Origin: Armatimonadota bacterium
GTDB lineage: Bacteria > Armatimonadota > Armatimonadia > Armatimonadales > Armatimonadaceae
Length of the DNA stretch: 51,516 bases
Direction: 5' to 3'
Assembly (NCBI GenBank): GCA_043754515.1
Contig: JAYUUO010000068.1
Span: forward strand, 1-51,516
Positions 9,956 to 18,527 of this stretch are shown one piece after another; positions within the stretch are counted from its first letter, which is position 1, and every line of letters begins with the position of its first letter. A program made the translations under genes and the position numbers. The notes below the pieces were generated by a model. It was given only the letters and a program-made list of their open reading frames with translations. It searched no databases and was not told the DNA's origin.

Positions 9956-11479
9956 GTGATTGATTTTGCCGAACCGCGTGTCATCCGCCCCGCGACCGAA
10001 AACGACCTCGAACCGTTGCAAAAGAGCGTGCCCAAAGACGACCCGAAACGGCACGCCGAGCACTATGCCGCTCAGAAGAACGGCGACGGGGTGTATTTAA
10101 TAGCCATCCAGGGCGAGGTGCCTGTCGGGCACGCGCTACTACGCTGGGGCGGTACTACCGAGGAGACGGTAAAGGCGCATGTCTCCGAACCGACGCCCGA
10201 CGTCGAGGACCTGTTCGTCCACGAGAAACACCGCAACCGGAAGGTGGGTTCGCGCCTCCTAGAGATGGCCGAAAAACTCGCCCGCGAACGCGAATTCAAG
10301 CAAATCGGCCTGTCTTGTGGTGCCGAAAACAAAGAGGCGGCCGCGTTATACGCGGAGCGCGGGTACCGAGATAGCGGCGTATTGCCTTACACCCTATCCG
10401 GGAAGTATACCGACGCCGACGGCAAGGAGCAGAAATGGACCAAGCGTGACTGCTCCTACCTGATTCGGCCGCTCTCCGGCGCGGGTGAAATACTCGCATT
10501 AGAAACGAATATGGAAAACAACGAAATTAACACGGCGGCACAAACGCCCGACGGCGGCGTGTCGCAACCGATGGCCCCCGCCACGACAGAACCGTCGAAA
10601 CAGTCCGAGCGTCCGGTATCCGAGCAGGTAGTGGACTTCGCGTTCGGAGTCGCGCTGACAGCGGCGGAAGCCCTGGAACGAGCGGTTACGGTGCTGGGCG
10701 AGCGGGCGAAAGTAGCGCAACAGGAAGCACCGGCGGTATGGGAGGCTTTGCAACAGAAGGGACGGCCCGCCCGTGAAAAATTAGTGCAGTCGCTCCGGGA
10801 TGAGACCCGTGAGGAAACCGAAGCCGCCACGCAGGGAAAGACAGAAACCCCACCGCCTGCTGGTGACGGCGAGACCCCGCCGCCGCCGACTACTGTCAGC
10901 CCGGATGATCCGGGGCCTATCGCTCTCGCGCCGGTGAAGCAGACACCGATCAAGCCCGCCCCGCGCCCGTTCGGGTTCGGGCGTTCCAGCAACGTCAGCG
11001 CGGAGGACGAAATCAAGGCACTCGAAGATCGGGTTCGGACGCTGGAGCGGGAGGTAGTCAGCCCCCCCGCGCTCATCACCGCGCCGACGGTCACGGACAA
11101 CCAGGTGAATCCCATGGAGCCGACGCCCGCCGAAACCGGCACGTCACTGGTTGATTTTTCGCCGGAGACGACCACGAGCAACGCGCTGACGAACTCGCCC
11201 TACGCGATCACAGACGACGAGGAGCGGGCCTCGGTGCCGTCCAATGTCGGGGAGCCGGAACAACTGACCGATATGGCGCAAGCCGCGATGACCCCGGCAG
11301 AGCCGGAGTCACCCGACGCGGTCGCCGCGCTGGTGGACGGCGCGGGTTCGCCCGCGCCGGTGGCGGCCACCGACCCGGAGGCGCAACCCGCCCCGGCAAA
11401 GAGCAAGCGAGCACGCAAGGGTGCTGGGGCCGACGCGGACGACGCCAGCGCGATGTCCGTGGAGGAGTTAGAGGCGTAG
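9956..11479 (+). CDS. GNAT acetyltransferase fused to a long Pro/Glu/Thr-rich extension with coiled coils
   Basis: LFVHEKHRNRKVGSRLL and AAALYAERGY in the first ~175 aa; low-complexity remainder; RBS aaggag. Confidence 0.8.
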   Translation: MIDFAEPRVIRPATENDLEPLQKSVPKDDPKRHAEHYAAQKNGDGVYLIAIQGEVPVGHALLRWGGTTEETVKAHVSEPTPDVEDLFVHEKHRNRKVGSRLLEMAEKLAREREFKQIGLSCGAENKEAAALYAERGYRDSGVLPYTLSGKYTDADGKEQKWTKRDCSYLIRPLSGAGEILALETNMENNEINTAAQTPDGGVSQPMAPATTEPSKQSERPVSEQVVDFAFGVALTAAEALERAVTVLGERAKVAQQEAPAVWEALQQKGRPAREKLVQSLRDETREETEAATQGKTETPPPAGDGETPPPPTTVSPDDPGPIALAPVKQTPIKPAPRPFGFGRSSNVSAEDEIKALEDRVRTLEREVVSPPALITAPTVTDNQVNPMEPTPAETGTSLVDFSPETTTSNALTNSPYAITDDEERASVPSNVGEPEQLTDMAQAAMTPAEPESPDAVAALVDGAGSPAPVAATDPEAQPAPAKSKRARKGAGADADDASAMSVEELEA

Positions 11480-12105
11480 TGACAGAGGCTTCCGGGCGGT
11501 CCCTGTGGCTCGCGTCCGCGTCGCCGCGCCGCCGCGAGCTACTCGCGCTTCTGGGAGTACGCTTCTCTGTAGTTGTGTCGCGTTTCGATGAAGCGTCACT
11601 CCAGCACCTGACCGACCCGGCGGAGTATGTCCGCGCCGCCGCTACGGGTAAAGCCGAAGAGGTAGCGGCGCGGTGCGCGGGGATCACGATCGGTTGCGAT
11701 ACCGACGTCGTGTCGCCGGACGGCGTCATTCTCGGCAAGCCGATGGGCGCGGACGACGCGGAGCGGATGCTCCGGTCACTGTCCGGCAAAACCCACTCGG
11801 TCTTTTCGGGCGTCACCCTGCTCGAAAGCGACGGGACTGGTCCGGGGGGCATTACGCGCCGCGCGACTCAAGTTGTGAAAACCCGGGTCACCTTCGACGA
11901 CTTATCCCCCGCCGCGATCCAGGCCTACGTCGCGACCGGCGATCCGCTGGATAAGGCCGGTGCGTATGGTATCCAGAGCGGCGCGTTAGCGTTCGTCCGC
12001 CGCGTGGACGGCGACCTGTCCAGCGTGATCGGGCTACCGCTCCCGACCCTGCGCGGGATGCTGGAGGAGTTCGGCGTGCCGCTCTGGGAGTCCAAGGGGG
12101 GATAA
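11479..12105 (+). CDS. maf: Maf-family nucleoside triphosphate pyrophosphatase
   Basis: LASASPRRRELL, CDT..., LGKP, DKAGAYGIQ, VIGLPL. Confidence 0.95.
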   Translation: MTEASGRSLWLASASPRRRELLALLGVRFSVVVSRFDEASLQHLTDPAEYVRAAATGKAEEVAARCAGITIGCDTDVVSPDGVILGKPMGADDAERMLRSLSGKTHSVFSGVTLLESDGTGPGGITRRATQVVKTRVTFDDLSPAAIQAYVATGDPLDKAGAYGIQSGALAFVRRVDGDLSSVIGLPLPTLRGMLEEFGVPLWESKGG

Positions 12106-12109
12106 GACA

Positions 12110-12732
12110 ATGATCAAGACCGATTGGGGGAATGGCAGGGCGACTACCCGCGACTTCATGAAACGGGTAGTAGCTTTGCTACCCTTGTTGGAGATACCCG
12201 TCGTATTGAACGGGGTCATCTACCGGCTCTTCGGCCAGGCTGTCCTGGCCGAAAGGGTTCTGGCGGAGGGAGTCTTCTACTGCCCCAGCGCGGATCTTTT
12301 TTTGAGACGGCATTCGCGTCCAAGGTACCGGTAGAATTCATAAAACTGATGGGTTTCATCTACTCTGGCTACCCATGGGATAACTACAGAGATTGCTTTA
12401 CGGACGAACTCATATGCAGTCTGATGTTCCCCGAGGAGTTCAGGAGACGGCTCAGCGGCTCGGTCTACATATGGAACAAGTGGGAAGGTCGGCGGATGAC
12501 GGAACCTAACATCGTACGGGAGCCCTACCTGATAGAGTGGAGCGAGCTAACCGAGTTCATAAACTGGCACAATGAGGCGTATGGAACCGTCTTTGACGGC
12601 GACGTGATTTTCCTGTTCGAGGGGCGCGACATGATCACCGTACTCCATCACGAGGGGTGGTTCAGCCACCTGTACCCCAGCAAATCGCCTTTCGCGGCGG
12701 TCGGGTCCGTTGCTAAGTGGGTAGCATTATGA
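12110..12732 (+). pseudogene. Hypothetical protein probably split at a T7 tract (ORFs 12110-12334 and 12124-12732)
   Basis: ATG 12110 follows the maf stop; adding one T at 12297-12303 joins the frames (...SADLF-FETAF...). Confidence 0.5.
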
Positions 12733-12739
12733 GAGAGGG

Positions 12740-13783
12740 CTACTGAACCGGGCGCGCCCGCGACCGGGGCAGGTTCAGTGTGAACCGCGACGCGACGGCA
12801 ACGATCAGAATCGCCTGCACGACCGCGATGATCTGCTTCGGGATTCCGGCGTTGAAGTCCATCTCCTCCGCGCCCGCGCCGAGTCCGCCGAACAAGAGCG
12901 CGGCGGGAAGAACGCCCCATGGAGAGCCGCCCGCGAGGAGGGCGATCGCGAGGCCGTCGAAGCCGTAGCCCGCGCCGTAGAAGTCGGCGGAAAACGACCG
13001 AAAGGGCATGACCCCTAGCACCATCACCGCGCCCGCCAGCCCGCACAGCGCACCCGAGACCAGCATGGCGCGAATCCGCACCGCGCCGACCGCTATGCCC
13101 GCCGCTTGCGCCGCGCCCGCGCCCGCCCCGACCATCCGCGTCTCATAGCCCCACACCGTGCGCTGGAGAAGCACCGCGACCAGTATCACGACGGCGACGG
13201 CAATCACCAACCCCCAATGAACGTCGTAGCCGGGCACGATTCGCGGCAGCGTCGCCAGCACCTCGGGCGTGCGCAGGTTGCCACTCGAAGCGGGATCTTT
13301 CAGCGGGTTCGACACCAGGTAGCGCGTCACGTTCTGCGCCACGTAGTTGAGCAGGATCGCCGTTATCACCTCGTGCGCGCCGCGCTTCTCTTTTAAGTAG
13401 GCGGGCAGGAACGCCCATGCCGCACCGCCGACCGCCGCCGCCGCGAACGCGAGGAGCAGAATCAGCGGGCCGGGCAAGCCTTTCGCGGCATAGCCGACCA
13501 CCGCGCCTGCCAGCCCGCCGATCGCGAGCTGTCCCTCCGCGCCGATGTTAAACAGCCCGGCGGCGAGCGCGACCGACACCCCGACCCCGGTGAGCAGGAG
13601 CGGCATGGTGCGCGACAGGGTGTTCGACCAGGCGAGCGGCGAGCCGACCGCGCCGGCACACAACGCCCCAAACGCTTGAAACGGCGCGTGCCAGTCTTTC
13701 TGCGCGACGGCGATCACCACCCCACCGAGGATGATGGCGACGAGCAAGGCAAGCACGGCGCGGAGCAGGTTCGTGAGCTTCAA
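12740..13783 (-). CDS. ABC transporter permease (nucleoside/simple-sugar type)
   Basis: GLFNIGAEGQL, HEVITAILLNY, GYGFDGLAIALL. Confidence 0.93.
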   Translation of the reverse strand: MKLTNLLRAVLALLVAIILGGVVIAVAQKDWHAPFQAFGALCAGAVGSPLAWSNTLSRTMPLLLTGVGVSVALAAGLFNIGAEGQLAIGGLAGAVVGYAAKGLPGPLILLLAFAAAAVGGAAWAFLPAYLKEKRGAHEVITAILLNYVAQNVTRYLVSNPLKDPASSGNLRTPEVLATLPRIVPGYDVHWGLVIAVAVVILVAVLLQRTVWGYETRMVGAGAGAAQAAGIAVGAVRIRAMLVSGALCGLAGAVMVLGVMPFRSFSADFYGAGYGFDGLAIALLAGGSPWGVLPAALLFGGLGAGAEEMDFNAGIPKQIIAVVQAILIVAVASRFTLNLPRSRARPVQ

Positions 13784-15459
13784 CGGGTAGCCGCCCCCGT
13801 CATCAACGCACCGACACGCTCCTCGGTGGCTTCCGCCCGGTCCAGAACCGCGACGATTCGCCCCGCCAGCATGACGGCGACACGGTCGGAAAGGGCGAGT
13901 ACCTCGGCCAGGTCGAGCGATTGTACCAACACCGCCGCGCCGCGATCCCGCTCCCGCCTGAGCGCGTCGTGTACGAAGGCGGTCGCGCCGAAGTCCAGCC
14001 CCCGCGTCGGTTGCGAGGCGAGAAGTAGCACCGGGTCGCGCGACAACTCCCGCGCCAGCACCAGTTTTTGCTGATTGCCCCCGGAAAGTGACCGCGCCGC
14101 GTTGCCCGCCGAAACGCCGCGCACGTCGAACGCGGCGGTTTTGTCGGCGAGGAATGTCCGCATCGCGCCGGTTTTGAGGAATCCCAACGCCCCCGCGAAT
14201 GCCGGTTCCCGTTGCCGTCCCAGAACGGCGTTCTCCTCCAGCGACAGCGGCAATACCAACGCCTGGTGGTGACGATCTTCCGGCACATAACCGATCCCGA
14301 CCGCGCGCCGCCGCGCGACCGAGAGGCGGTTCAATTCCGTGTCCCGAAGCGTGATCGTCCCGCCGGAGATCCGCCGCAGCCCGACGATGGCCTCGATCAG
14401 ATCCACCTGCCCCGAACCGTCAATGCCAGCCAGTCCGACGATCTCGCCGGGGTACACGTCGAGCGATACTCCAGCGACCACCGTCTCGCCGCGTGCGCCC
14501 AGAACGGTCAGGTTTGTCACCTTCAGCCCTGCCGCGTCGGCCCTGCCGGCGTCGTCGGCCCTCTCCCCCGGCCCCTCTCCCTCCGAAGGGAGAGGGGGGA
14601 CCGGAAGCGCGACACTACGAGCGTATCCCTCTGACTCCCCTCTCCCTTCGGAGGGAGAGGGGCCGGGGGAGAGGGCCGACGACGCCGGCAGGGCCGACAC
14701 CGGCGTAACCACGCTCTCCCCCACCATCGCGCGCGCAAGCTCCGCCGGATTCGTTTCGCTGACCGGCTTAGTGAGAACGTGACGGCCTCGTCGTAGCACG
14801 GTAACGGTGTCGGCGTGCGCTATGACGTCCTCTAGCTTGTGCGTAATAAATACTACCGTCGTTCCCGCCTCCGATAGCCGGTGTGTCGCCGCCCACAGTT
14901 CACGGGCTTCGGACGGGGCGAGTGTCGCGGTCGGCTCGTCGAGGATCAGCACGCGCGCCTCGCGGAACAGGGATTTGAGGATTTCCGTGCGCTGTCGCGC
15001 CGCGACGGAGAGCGTTTCGACGCGGGCGGCGGGGTTGATCGGCAAGCCGCTCCGCTCCGCCAGTTCGCCGACGATCCGCTCCGCCCCGGCGCGGTCGAGC
15101 ATGACGCGTCCTGGTCCATTCCCGTTGATCTCCGCGCCCAACACGACGTTTTCGGCGACCGTGAACGGCGGGATCAGCTCAAAATGCTGGTGTACCATGC
15201 CGATACCGGCGCGAATGGCATCGCGGGGCGAGCCGAACACGACCGGCTTATCGTTCAGCAGGACCGCGCCGCTGTCGGGCCGCAGACCGCCGAACAGGAT
15301 CTTCATCAACGTGGACTTGCCCGCGCCGTTCTCGCCGACAATCGCGTGGCGCGAGCCGGGCGCGAGCGTGACCGAAACGTCGTCGAGCGCGACCACACTA
15401 TTGCCGAATGTTTTACCAATACCGCGTAGCGAAACGGAGGGAGTGTCGGGTGTTGCCAT
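13780..15459 (-). CDS. ABC transporter ATP-binding protein with tandem ATPase domains and a palindromic insertion in the linker
   Basis: GENGAGKST, ILDEPT, LSGGNQQK, SQPTRGLD. Confidence 0.95.
   Translation of the reverse strand: MATPDTPSVSLRGIGKTFGNSVVALDDVSVTLAPGSRHAIVGENGAGKSTLMKILFGGLRPDSGAVLLNDKPVVFGSPRDAIRAGIGMVHQHFELIPPFTVAENVVLGAEINGNGPGRVMLDRAGAERIVGELAERSGLPINPAARVETLSVAARQRTEILKSLFREARVLILDEPTATLAPSEARELWAATHRLSEAGTTVVFITHKLEDVIAHADTVTVLRRGRHVLTKPVSETNPAELARAMVGESVVTPVSALPASSALSPGPSPSEGRGESEGYARSVALPVPPLPSEGEGPGERADDAGRADAAGLKVTNLTVLGARGETVVAGVSLDVYPGEIVGLAGIDGSGQVDLIEAIVGLRRISGGTITLRDTELNRLSVARRRAVGIGYVPEDRHHQALVLPLSLEENAVLGRQREPAFAGALGFLKTGAMRTFLADKTAAFDVRGVSAGNAARSLSGGNQQKLVLARELSRDPVLLLASQPTRGLDFGATAFVHDALRRERDRGAAVLVQSLDLAEVLALSDRVAVMLAGRIVAVLDRAEATEERVGALMTGAATR
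14536..14698. repeat. Perfect 62-bp inverted repeat (39-nt spacer), REP/RPE-like, inside a coding region
   Basis: 14536-14597 is the exact reverse complement of 14637-14698; each arm holds a cccctctccc-N6-gggagagggg hairpin. Confidence 0.95.
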
Positions 15460-15574
15460 GAGCGCGGGCGCGACGAGGGCTGAATCCTCCTCGATTCATC
15501 CGTGGCCGGTTGCGCTGATTATAGCCCCGCGCGGGCGCGGTGTCAAACCCCGATGCGACCGTAAGCGGGGGTGA

Positions 15575-16240
15575 TTATGACATACGACGGCGCGAATACT
15601 TGGCGAGGGGGATCAGGGCCGTGAGCAATATGAAGGGAAGTGTCCCCGATTCGGGAACGGCGGTTGCCGTAAAGGATAAATCGTCCACGGCTACGTCATT
15701 CCCATTCGATTCCAGGTTGTTGTCACGCAGCCGAAGCGACACCGAAGTGCTCGAACCGGAGTTCCAGTTGCCGCTGAAAAAAGCCCAGGTACCCGGCGTG
15801 ATGATGATAGGGTTGATCGTTCCGAGCGAGACCGTCCCGGCGAAAAACTCGATGGCGGGCGCATTTACATTGTACGCGGAGGAGATCCAGCCCGAGAAAA
15901 GGTAGTTGCGACTAGGAGTAACGGCAACAGTTTGCGACCAGATCGTCACATCCGGCGTCGTAGAGCCGTTGGCGACCAGCATGTTACGGGAGCCAGTGGC
16001 GTTGTTTGTGTGGTCCGCGAATGAGAACAAGCTCGGGTTCCAGTTCTTCGGATCAGTCACGACGCCATACTCGGACACCGCGATGTTGGTTGTGACGAAC
16101 GAATACCCGGAAGAGAACCCTGTATTGCCCGCAGTGAAATCACCATTGGTGATCAAGTTTTGCGCATGCGCGACCGAGGAGGCGCAAGCCGATATATAAA
16201 GAGCGAGCAGGAGCTTATGGGTGGAATGGTTGTGCGACAT
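15575..16240 (-). CDS. PEP-CTERM-type (VPESG) surface protein with a carbohydrate-binding-like jelly-roll domain
   Basis: Signal peptide ...VAHA-QNLITNGDF; GNDVAVDDLSF; VPESGTL plus TM plus RRR tail. Confidence 0.88.
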   Translation of the reverse strand: MSHNHSTHKLLLALYISACASSVAHAQNLITNGDFTAGNTGFSSGYSFVTTNIAVSEYGVVTDPKNWNPSLFSFADHTNNATGSRNMLVANGSTTPDVTIWSQTVAVTPSRNYLFSGWISSAYNVNAPAIEFFAGTVSLGTINPIIITPGTWAFFSGNWNSGSSTSVSLRLRDNNLESNGNDVAVDDLSFTATAVPESGTLPFILLTALIPLAKYSRRRMS

Positions 16241-16360
16241 TTTGAGTACCTTCTATTTGATTCGGGCGGGCAAGCCCGCCGCGCACATTGTCCCACAAAT
16301 ATGCGCGGGTGAAACCCCGATACGCCGCGTCCTGCTTTTTCTGCGTATGGGATACAGAAC

Positions 16361-17476
16361 ATGATTGACTCCCGATCCCACTCCCACCTGGTCAAGGCAT
16401 TCGCCCTGGAGGCGGGCTTCGACGCGGCGCGGGTCACCACGCCCGACGCGCCCGCGCACGGCTCGCATGTTGACGCCTGGATCGCCGCCGGGATGAACGC
16501 GGACATGGGCTGGCTCGAAACCCGCGCCGACCTGCGCGGGGGACGGCTAAACGATGAGCGCCTACTCGCCGGGGCGCGGTCGGTAGTGGTGCTGGCGGCG
16601 AGTTATGACACGCCCGAAGCGGAGAACGCCAGCGAGGGAGAATCCGTCCCGCCCGCCGATCCCCCGCGAAGTGTTGGCACGGTCGCGCGGTACGCCCGCG
16701 CGGCGACGGATTACCATCTCGTTCTGCGCGAGATGTTGAACTCCTTGACTACGCGGATAGAAACGGACTTTCCCGGTGAGCGGTGTCGCGGGTTCGTGGA
16801 CTCCGGCCCCATCCGCGAGCGGGAACTGGCGGCGCGTGCTGGTCTCGGCTGGCAGGGGAAGCACACCAACTTGATCTCGCTCGACCTCGGCAACTTCTTC
16901 TTTTTAGCGGCACTGCTGACCACGCTCGAACTCGCGCCCGACCCGCCGTTCGTGGGGAACCACTGCGGCACCTGTACCCGCTGCATCGCCGCGTGCCCGA
17001 CCGGTGCCATCCTCGCGCCGATGGTGCTGGACGCCCGCCGCTGTGTGTCTTACCTGACTATCGAGCATCGCGGGGCCATTCCGCTTGAACTGCGCCCGCT
17101 GATGGGTGACCGCATCTTCGGGTGCGACGATTGCCTCGCCGCATGCCCCTGGAATGACAGGGCGCGGGCGGGGCGCGAGGCGCGGCTAGCGGGGCGGGGC
17201 GGCGAACGCGCGCGTCCGGATCTGCTCCGCCTTCTCGCCGACCTCGCGACCGAGGAGGGGTTCCGCGCCCGCTTCCGTGGCACGCCGCTCCTACGCCCGA
17301 AGCGTGAGGGGTTGCGCCGCAATGTCTGCATCGCGCTCGGGAATGTGGGTGCCGAGGACTCGCTCGCTCCGCTCGGTGATGTCGGGGCGACCGACCCGTC
17401 GGGCGTCGTGCGCGAGGCGGCGGACTGGGCCATCGGACGGATCCACTCGCGGGCGGCGGCGGCGGGCACGGTATAA
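16361..17476 (+). CDS. queG: Epoxyqueuosine reductase QueG
   Basis: VARYA..DYH, VDSGPIRERELA.RAGLGWQGKH, CGTCTRCIAACP, FGCDDCLAACPWN. Confidence 0.95.
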   Translation: MIDSRSHSHLVKAFALEAGFDAARVTTPDAPAHGSHVDAWIAAGMNADMGWLETRADLRGGRLNDERLLAGARSVVVLAASYDTPEAENASEGESVPPADPPRSVGTVARYARAATDYHLVLREMLNSLTTRIETDFPGERCRGFVDSGPIRERELAARAGLGWQGKHTNLISLDLGNFFFLAALLTTLELAPDPPFVGNHCGTCTRCIAACPTGAILAPMVLDARRCVSYLTIEHRGAIPLELRPLMGDRIFGCDDCLAACPWNDRARAGREARLAGRGGERARPDLLRLLADLATEEGFRARFRGTPLLRPKREGLRRNVCIALGNVGAEDSLAPLGDVGATDPSGVVREAADWAIGRIHSRAAAAGTV

Positions 17477-17489
17477 TGACCGCATCATC

Positions 17490-18413
17490 GTGACACGTTT
17501 TACGCCGCGCTACCTTCCGCAGTTGTCCGTGCTTTGCTGTCTGCTTTGCGCGTCCTGCGCCGACCGCTCCGACACCGCCGTGGCGGTCGCGCCTGGTGTT
17601 GCTTTCGACCGTAGCGGTGCGCCGGGCGACGGCTTCCAGACGATCACCGTGGATTTGGCGAAGGCGGACTTCCGACCGGTAGTGGTCGCGAGCAATGTGT
17701 CGCGGCAGGGGGATGCTTTCGTCGGCGACGCGTTTGTGGTGCGCGATTGGTGCGAAAAAAAGGGTGCTATCGGCGGCATGAACGGCGGCTATTTCGGCAA
17801 GACTTACGACGAGACCGGTAGCCGCAAACAGATAATTCAGCTAGCCGTGGTCGAGGGCAGGGTCGTCGCGCCTGGGAGTGACATGGCGTCCTCGCGCACA
17901 CCGGGTGAGCGGTACCTGCGCTCTGCGATCGGGTTCGACGCCGACGGCACGCCCGAGATCGCGTGGGCGACCGGCACCGTGAAGAACGTGGTTCGCGCCT
18001 ACGGTTCGCCGACAAACCCGGACCAGCGCAAGTCGTGGGGCAAGGTCCGTTACGCCGTCGCCTGCGGGCCGCGTCTATATGCGGGCGGCGTGGAACGTAT
18101 CACGGACAAGGAGGAGCGCCTCGTCAGCGGTGCGCGGACCATACGCGCTTTCGTCGCCTACGATGCGGATGATGACGGCAAGCCGCTCCACTTCGTAATG
18201 GGGCGCGCCGACGCCGCCACGTACACCGAGGTCGCGAGCTTTCTCAGCCGCTTCTTCGCCGCGCGGTATCAGACCAGGCCGCAAGAGGCGATGTGTCTGG
18301 ACGGGGGATCGTCGAGCCAACTGGTCTACCGGGGGGCGAAGGGTCTGGTGGACGCGGAGCCGACCGGCGTCCGTGTACCGACCGCTCTGTTATTGCTCCC
18401 GAAAGCGGAGTAG
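17490..18413 (+). CDS. Phosphodiester glycosidase (NAGPA-like) family protein, probable lipoprotein
   Basis: MNGGYF, CGPRL, AMCLDGGSSSQL; lipobox-like LLCASC; start uncertain. Confidence 0.82.
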   Translation: MTRFTPRYLPQLSVLCCLLCASCADRSDTAVAVAPGVAFDRSGAPGDGFQTITVDLAKADFRPVVVASNVSRQGDAFVGDAFVVRDWCEKKGAIGGMNGGYFGKTYDETGSRKQIIQLAVVEGRVVAPGSDMASSRTPGERYLRSAIGFDADGTPEIAWATGTVKNVVRAYGSPTNPDQRKSWGKVRYAVACGPRLYAGGVERITDKEERLVSGARTIRAFVAYDADDDGKPLHFVMGRADAATYTEVASFLSRFFAARYQTRPQEAMCLDGGSSSQLVYRGAKGLVDAEPTGVRVPTALLLLPKAE

Positions 18414-18527
18414 TGCCGGGAGGATTGGCTCCGGGATACACCCTCGCAGGAGACCAAGGAATCGCCGGTGAATGTGCTATCACAAATCGGACGAACGCAA
18501 ATGGGCGGATCCGACCATAATCAAATC

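Noticed and set aside
16361..17476. Functional link between queG and the tRNA-Asp(GTC)-like unit
   Set aside because: They are more than 30 kb apart with unrelated housekeeping genes between, so nothing beyond coincidence supports it.
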